Below are positions 59,517 to 64,000 of a stretch of DNA of 64,000 nucleotides, piece by piece. Numbering within the stretch: position 1 is the stretch's first letter; each line of letters begins with the position of its first letter. The stretch is from a candidate division WOR-3 bacterium (lineage in GTDB: Bacteria > Hydrothermota > 32-111): contig JBBFKX010000001.1 of NCBI GenBank assembly GCA_037481815.1, forward strand, positions 384,001 to 448,000, given 5' to 3'. The notes below the pieces were generated by a model. That model ran no database searches. It saw only the letters and a program-made list of their open reading frames with translations, and was not told the origin of the DNA. The position numbers and the translations under genes were made by a program.

Positions 59517-61214
59517 ATGAAAAAAAATTTTAAAAACCTGAATTTTGAAATAACAGGATGGGATGATTTAAAAGAGTATTATGATGATATTCTGAACAGA
59601 AAAATAAATAATGACCAGGACCTTTTAGAGTTACTTGAAGATTTTTCTTCAATATCTGAGTTTATCTCTGAATCTTACGGCTGGGCTTATATAAACATGA
59701 CAAGGGATACACAGAACAAAGAATACCGAGAAAGATTTCTTGTTTTCAACGATCAGATTGAACCAAAATTGAAAGAAGTAAATTTTGAAATTTTGAAAAA
59801 GATCGTTAACTGTGAACAACTCTCAAAACTTGATCAACCAAAATGGGGACTTTTGATCAAAAGGTTCAAAAATGAGGTTGAAATATTTCGAAAAGAGAAT
59901 GTTCAGATAGACACAGAGATAACTAAAAAAACTATGGAATATCAACAAACGATCGGTAGTATGATTATAAATTTTAGAGGGAAAGAATACACTCTTCCGC
60001 AGATGGCATTGTTTTTACAGAGTAAAGACAGGGATGAACGGAAAGAAGCTTTTGACGCAGTTGTACAAAAAAGAATGGAATACGCTGATAGGATAGAAAA
60101 CATTCTATCAGAACTAACTGCAATGAGAAACCAAAAAGCAAAAAATGCAAACTTCAAAAACTATGTTGAACTCAGATTCAGAGAACTCGAAAGGTTTGAT
60201 TATGGAATCAAAGAATGTGAGGAGTTTCATAATTCTGTTTTAGAGGTCGTTACTCCAATCTATGGCGAGATAATCAAAGAAAAAACAAAGAAGTTGAATC
60301 TTGAAAGAATAAAACCATACGATCTATCGGCTACATTGTCCGACGAGGTTCTTTTAAAACCTTTTGAAAACACTGAAGATTTTATAGAAAAATCAAAAAA
60401 AGTGTTTTATTCTGTAGACAAAAGGTTTGGAGAAGTTTTTGAAAAGATTGTTGAAAAAAAACATTTAGATCTTGAATCAAGAAAAGGAAAAGCTCCGGGA
60501 GGGTACAATTATCCTTTATACAAGACAGGTTTACCTTTTATATTCATGAACAGTTCAGGTGTCCACTCCGATATGAAAACACTCATGCATGAAACAGGAC
60601 ATGCTGTTCATACTTTAGCAGTCAAAGATCTTTTTACATACTTTTATAAAAGCACTCCATCTGAAATCGCTGAATTCGCTTCTATGGGGATGGAACTCCT
60701 GACATATGATAGATGGGACATTTTTTACAAAGATCAGCAGTCATTGAAACAGGCAAAGAAAAAACATTTGGAGAACATTATAGGTTTTTTCCCGTGGTGT
60801 GCTGTTGTTGATAAGTTTCAACACTTTATTTACTCAAAGGAAAATATATCCTCATCTGAAAGAAAGGAATATTTCAAAAGCATTTACAATGAATTTTCAG
60901 AAAAATTTGTAGATTGGTCAGATTACGATGAGTATTTGAAAATATCATACCATAAACAGTTGCACATTTTTGAAATGCCTTTCTATTATATTGAATACGG
61001 TATCGCACAACTTGGTGCTTTACAACTCTGGATAAACTACAGAGAAAATCCAGAAAAAACTATAGATGATTACCTTTCAGCTTTACGGGTTGGTTCTTCA
61101 TTGCCGATTTCTGAAGTTTACAGAATAGCGAATGTTAAATTTGATTTTTCCAGAGATATGGTTGAAAAATTGATCAGATTCACTTTTGATGAATACAAAA
61201 AGGTTGCCTGTTGA
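59517..61214 (+). CDS. M3 family oligoendopeptidase F
   Basis: RKGKAPGGY, HETGHAVH (HExxH), AEFASMGME, HIFEMPFYYIEYG. Confidence 0.93.
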   Translation: MKKNFKNLNFEITGWDDLKEYYDDILNRKINNDQDLLELLEDFSSISEFISESYGWAYINMTRDTQNKEYRERFLVFNDQIEPKLKEVNFEILKKIVNCEQLSKLDQPKWGLLIKRFKNEVEIFRKENVQIDTEITKKTMEYQQTIGSMIINFRGKEYTLPQMALFLQSKDRDERKEAFDAVVQKRMEYADRIENILSELTAMRNQKAKNANFKNYVELRFRELERFDYGIKECEEFHNSVLEVVTPIYGEIIKEKTKKLNLERIKPYDLSATLSDEVLLKPFENTEDFIEKSKKVFYSVDKRFGEVFEKIVEKKHLDLESRKGKAPGGYNYPLYKTGLPFIFMNSSGVHSDMKTLMHETGHAVHTLAVKDLFTYFYKSTPSEIAEFASMGMELLTYDRWDIFYKDQQSLKQAKKKHLENIIGFFPWCAVVDKFQHFIYSKENISSSERKEYFKSIYNEFSEKFVDWSDYDEYLKISYHKQLHIFEMPFYYIEYGIAQLGALQLWINYRENPEKTIDDYLSALRVGSSLPISEVYRIANVKFDFSRDMVEKLIRFTFDEYKKVAC

Positions 61215-61238
61215 CAATTGGTATAAGGAAGTTAGAAT
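61211..61238 (+). promoter_or_regulatory. Putative leaderless ftsK promoter
   Basis: TTGACA-N16-TAGAAT, 6 nt before ATG 61245, no SD. Confidence 0.7.
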
Positions 61239-61244
61239 TATTTT

Positions 61245-63614
61245 ATGTTATCTAAAATATTCTTTTTTGTATCAACATCATTTTATATTTTAATGATCTT
61301 TTTTCAGTTTAAAAAAAGAGGGCTTTCTGAAAATAAAAAACTTTCAAACTATATCATTTTTATATTTCTTCTCGTAATTTCATTATTTTTAATTTTATCC
61401 TTTTTTAACTATGATATCCATAACACTCAGAGTGAAAACAGAGAAAAAAATCTTGGAGGCCTGGTAGGTTATTTTATATCTGAAAAAACATTTCAATTTT
61501 TTGGAATCGTTGCTTTTTTCTTACCAACATTTTTACTCTATTCCGGACTTGGTTTGATTCTAAATTTCAAAAATATTTTTTTCCCTTCGATCCTTTCTGT
61601 GATCCAGATAATTTTATTCCCAATCTTAATTGGTAATATCACAAATAACCCCGAACTGAGTGGATTCTGGGGTGACAGAACATCAGCTAAACTCTCCCAA
61701 TATTTTGGAAATATTGGTTTGACCTTGATAATATCTTTTGTTTTAATCATTTCAACAGTTCTTTTAACAAATCCAGATTATATATTCGAATTCGTTAGCA
61801 GGATGCATCAGAAAATCTCAAAAAATAAAGATGAAGAAAGTAAAACACATCCAGATGATGAGAATTATGAAGAAGAAAATCAAGAAAAAGAAGAGGAACC
61901 TTCTGTTGAAGAGAATAAAAGAAAAGAGAAAAAAAGAAAAAAAGTTTCAATAAGTTCACAATTGAAGCAGGAGATAGATTACAAAGAACTTTTAAACGAC
62001 CAGTTCAAAAAAGAGTTTTTGGATTATCTTGAAGATCCTCCCAAAATAAAAGAGGGAGCGAATGAGGAAGAGATCAATCAGAATATAAAAATTTTAGAAG
62101 AAAAGTTGAAGTACTTCTCAGTAGATGGAAAGGTTGTGAATGTCAACGTTGGTCCCGTTATAACAACTTATGAGTTTGAACCAGCACCGGGAATCAAAGT
62201 TAACAAGATTACATCACTCTCAGACGATCTTGCACTTGCGATGAAAGCAAAATCGATAAGGGTTTTAGGACATATACCCGGTAAATCAGCGGTAGGGATC
62301 GAAATTCCGAACAGAAACAGAGTAACAGTTTTTCTTAAAGGTCTCTTAACTGAAAAAGAGTTTTTAGAAAATCCTGATCCAACAACCGTTGTCATCGGTA
62401 GAGATACTGAAAACAATCCAATTTTTGCGCAAATTTCATCAATGCCACATCTTCTTATCGCTGGAACAACTGGGAGCGGAAAATCTGTATGTATAAATGG
62501 AATAATAGCATCCATACTGTTCAAATCTCAACCTGAAGAGGTTAGATTTTTGATGGTAGATCCAAAAAGAATAGAACTATCGATTTATAATGGAATACCA
62601 CATCTCGAAAGGCCTGTCATAACAGATTCGAAAGAAGCTGTTTTGATGCTTAAAGAGTTAACCGAATGGATGGATTTAAGATACAAAGCCTTTGCAAAAC
62701 TGGGAGTCAGGGATATAACCGAATTCAACAAAAAAAGTGATAAGAAAAAGCCATACATAATTGTAATCATCGACGAGATGGCTGATCTTATGATGACGGG
62801 TTCAAAAGAAATAGAAACACATATAATAAGGTTAGCACAGATGTCAAGAGCTGTTGGAATACATCTGATACTTGCAACACAGAGACCATCTGTTAACATC
62901 ATCACCGGATCTATAAAAGCCAACTTTCCTGTAAGAATATCATTCAAAGTTCCTTCAAAAGCTGATTCAAAAACGATAATCGATACATCCGGCGCTGAAA
63001 AACTTCTTGGAAAAGGTGATATGCTCTATATCCCACCTCAAAAAGGAGTAATCGTTAGAGCACACGGTGCTTACATAAAAACAGAGGAGGCAACAAATAT
63101 AGTGAATCTCTGGGCAGAGACATATATGAAAAAACTTTTTGAACAACAGGTAAAAGATCCTTCTAAACTCGCAAAATTAATAATCGAAAATGAACTGATC
63201 CAGTGTATAGCGAACCCCTCAAATACTCCAGGTTGTGAGTACAGAATAGAAGAGTTTGTCGAACAATACTCCGATGAACTACAGATCGAAAAAGAGAAAC
63301 TAACGGAGATCTTAACACAGACGGTCTACCATATCCCTATCGAAGAATCAGGTTATACTCAAAATATCAGAAACTCTCAAAATTTTGAAGGGGATTTCCA
63401 AAATGATGATGAACTTGACCCTCTGTTCGAACAGGTCAAAGAATTTGTTTTAAAACATAAGGAGATTTCCACAAGTATGATCCAATCATATTTTAAACTT
63501 GGATATCCAAGGGCTGCAAAGATTACAAGACAACTTGAAAAAAACGGAATAATCGGCCCTGCAAACGGTTCAAAACCAAGAAAAGTTCTTTTGAACAATG
63601 AAAAAAATGATTGA
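61245..63614 (+). CDS. ftsK: DNA translocase FtsK
   Basis: N-terminal TMs, GPVITTYE, MPHLLIAGTTGSGKS, IDEMADL, LATQRPS, GAEKLLGKGDML, gamma domain. Confidence 0.96.
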   Translation: MLSKIFFFVSTSFYILMIFFQFKKRGLSENKKLSNYIIFIFLLVISLFLILSFFNYDIHNTQSENREKNLGGLVGYFISEKTFQFFGIVAFFLPTFLLYSGLGLILNFKNIFFPSILSVIQIILFPILIGNITNNPELSGFWGDRTSAKLSQYFGNIGLTLIISFVLIISTVLLTNPDYIFEFVSRMHQKISKNKDEESKTHPDDENYEEENQEKEEEPSVEENKRKEKKRKKVSISSQLKQEIDYKELLNDQFKKEFLDYLEDPPKIKEGANEEEINQNIKILEEKLKYFSVDGKVVNVNVGPVITTYEFEPAPGIKVNKITSLSDDLALAMKAKSIRVLGHIPGKSAVGIEIPNRNRVTVFLKGLLTEKEFLENPDPTTVVIGRDTENNPIFAQISSMPHLLIAGTTGSGKSVCINGIIASILFKSQPEEVRFLMVDPKRIELSIYNGIPHLERPVITDSKEAVLMLKELTEWMDLRYKAFAKLGVRDITEFNKKSDKKKPYIIVIIDEMADLMMTGSKEIETHIIRLAQMSRAVGIHLILATQRPSVNIITGSIKANFPVRISFKVPSKADSKTIIDTSGAEKLLGKGDMLYIPPQKGVIVRAHGAYIKTEEATNIVNLWAETYMKKLFEQQVKDPSKLAKLIIENELIQCIANPSNTPGCEYRIEEFVEQYSDELQIEKEKLTEILTQTVYHIPIEESGYTQNIRNSQNFEGDFQNDDELDPLFEQVKEFVLKHKEISTSMIQSYFKLGYPRAAKITRQLEKNGIIGPANGSKPRKVLLNNEKND

Positions 63615-63642
63615 TCTATACACCTTCTTACTGTAAAACAAT

Positions 63643-64000
63643 TTATTCTTTTAATTCTTCAATTTTCTTTTTTATCTCATTTAAAAATAAGAGAGATTCA
63701 ATCGGAGTGATGTTTTCCAAATCTTTCTCAGAGATCATCCTGATGATATCTTCAAATCTTTCCTTTTTCTCATCATTTTTGAAAAGCGAAAGTTGGGAAA
63801 CGACCCTCATCTTTTCTTTCACATTCATCTCACTTTCTTTAAGAAGTAACAGGATCTGGGAAGCATTCTCGATTATTTTTGAAGGGAGGCCGGCCATCTT
63901 TGCAACCTCAATCCCATAACTTTCATCCGAACTTCCTTCAACAATCTTTTTTAAAAAAACAATTTTATCCTCATACTTTCTTACCTTTGCGGTCATATTG
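63643..64000 (-). CDS. mutS: DNA mismatch repair protein MutS (3' end only)
   Basis: IVFLKKIVEGSSDESYGIEVAKMAGLP, QLSLF clamp motif, DLENITPIESL. Confidence 0.93.
   Translation of the reverse strand, partial: NMTAKVRKYEDKIVFLKKIVEGSSDESYGIEVAKMAGLPSKIIENASQILLLLKESEMNVKEKMRVVSQLSLFKNDEKKERFEDIIRMISEKDLENITPIESLLFLNEIKKKIEELKE

Noticed and set aside
353..63919. Many short ORFs in the track (for example 353-715, 1409-1801, 25718-26086, 57738-58199, 63611-63919)
   Set aside because: They are antisense or off-frame shadows lying almost entirely within well-supported genes, with no motifs or RBS.
1..64000. CRISPR arrays, rRNA, tRNA, riboswitches
   Set aside because: All intergenic gaps are about 150 bp or less and are explained by promoters or terminators; no repeat-spacer pattern or cloverleaf was seen by eye.

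Overview
A 64-kb, very AT-rich and gene-dense bacterial chromosomal segment with almost no intergenic space. It encodes a T9SS translocon (SprA) and a T9SS-CTD cargo protein, but uses Shine-Dalgarno signals and canonical TTGACA/TATAAT promoters. This suggests an FCB-related lineage outside Bacteroidota (for example WOR-3-like); that assignment is inference only. Most genes are housekeeping or DNA repair: uvrA (partial), smpB, amidase, murI, miaA, mutL, nfo, cdaA, folP, folE, ftsH, hpt, tilS, hisC, recJ, radA, mlaDEF, dnaB, udg, coaBC, rpoZ, gmk, yicC, dtd, typA, ogt, mntP, recF, pepF-like, ftsK and mutS (partial). No rRNA, tRNA, CRISPR array, prophage or intact IS was seen. The most notable observations are five. 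(1) A DUF2723 (TMEM260-like GT-C) glycosyltransferase lies in the sprA gene run, and exported proteins are strongly enriched in D-[S/T]-hydrophobic sequons, suggesting a general protein O-glycosylation system. (2) A compact lexA / 80-aa ImuB-C-like / Y-family polymerase cassette carries a palindromic operator with 9-bp arms (AAAC-N4-GTTT core). (3) An apparently degenerate serine recombinase sits 3 nt upstream of uvrA. (4) A sigma54-driven minor-pilin operon has an 859-aa modular PilW and no PilY1. (5) Many promoters appear leaderless and many have 16-bp spacers. All calls come from reading motifs by eye; no database searches were run.
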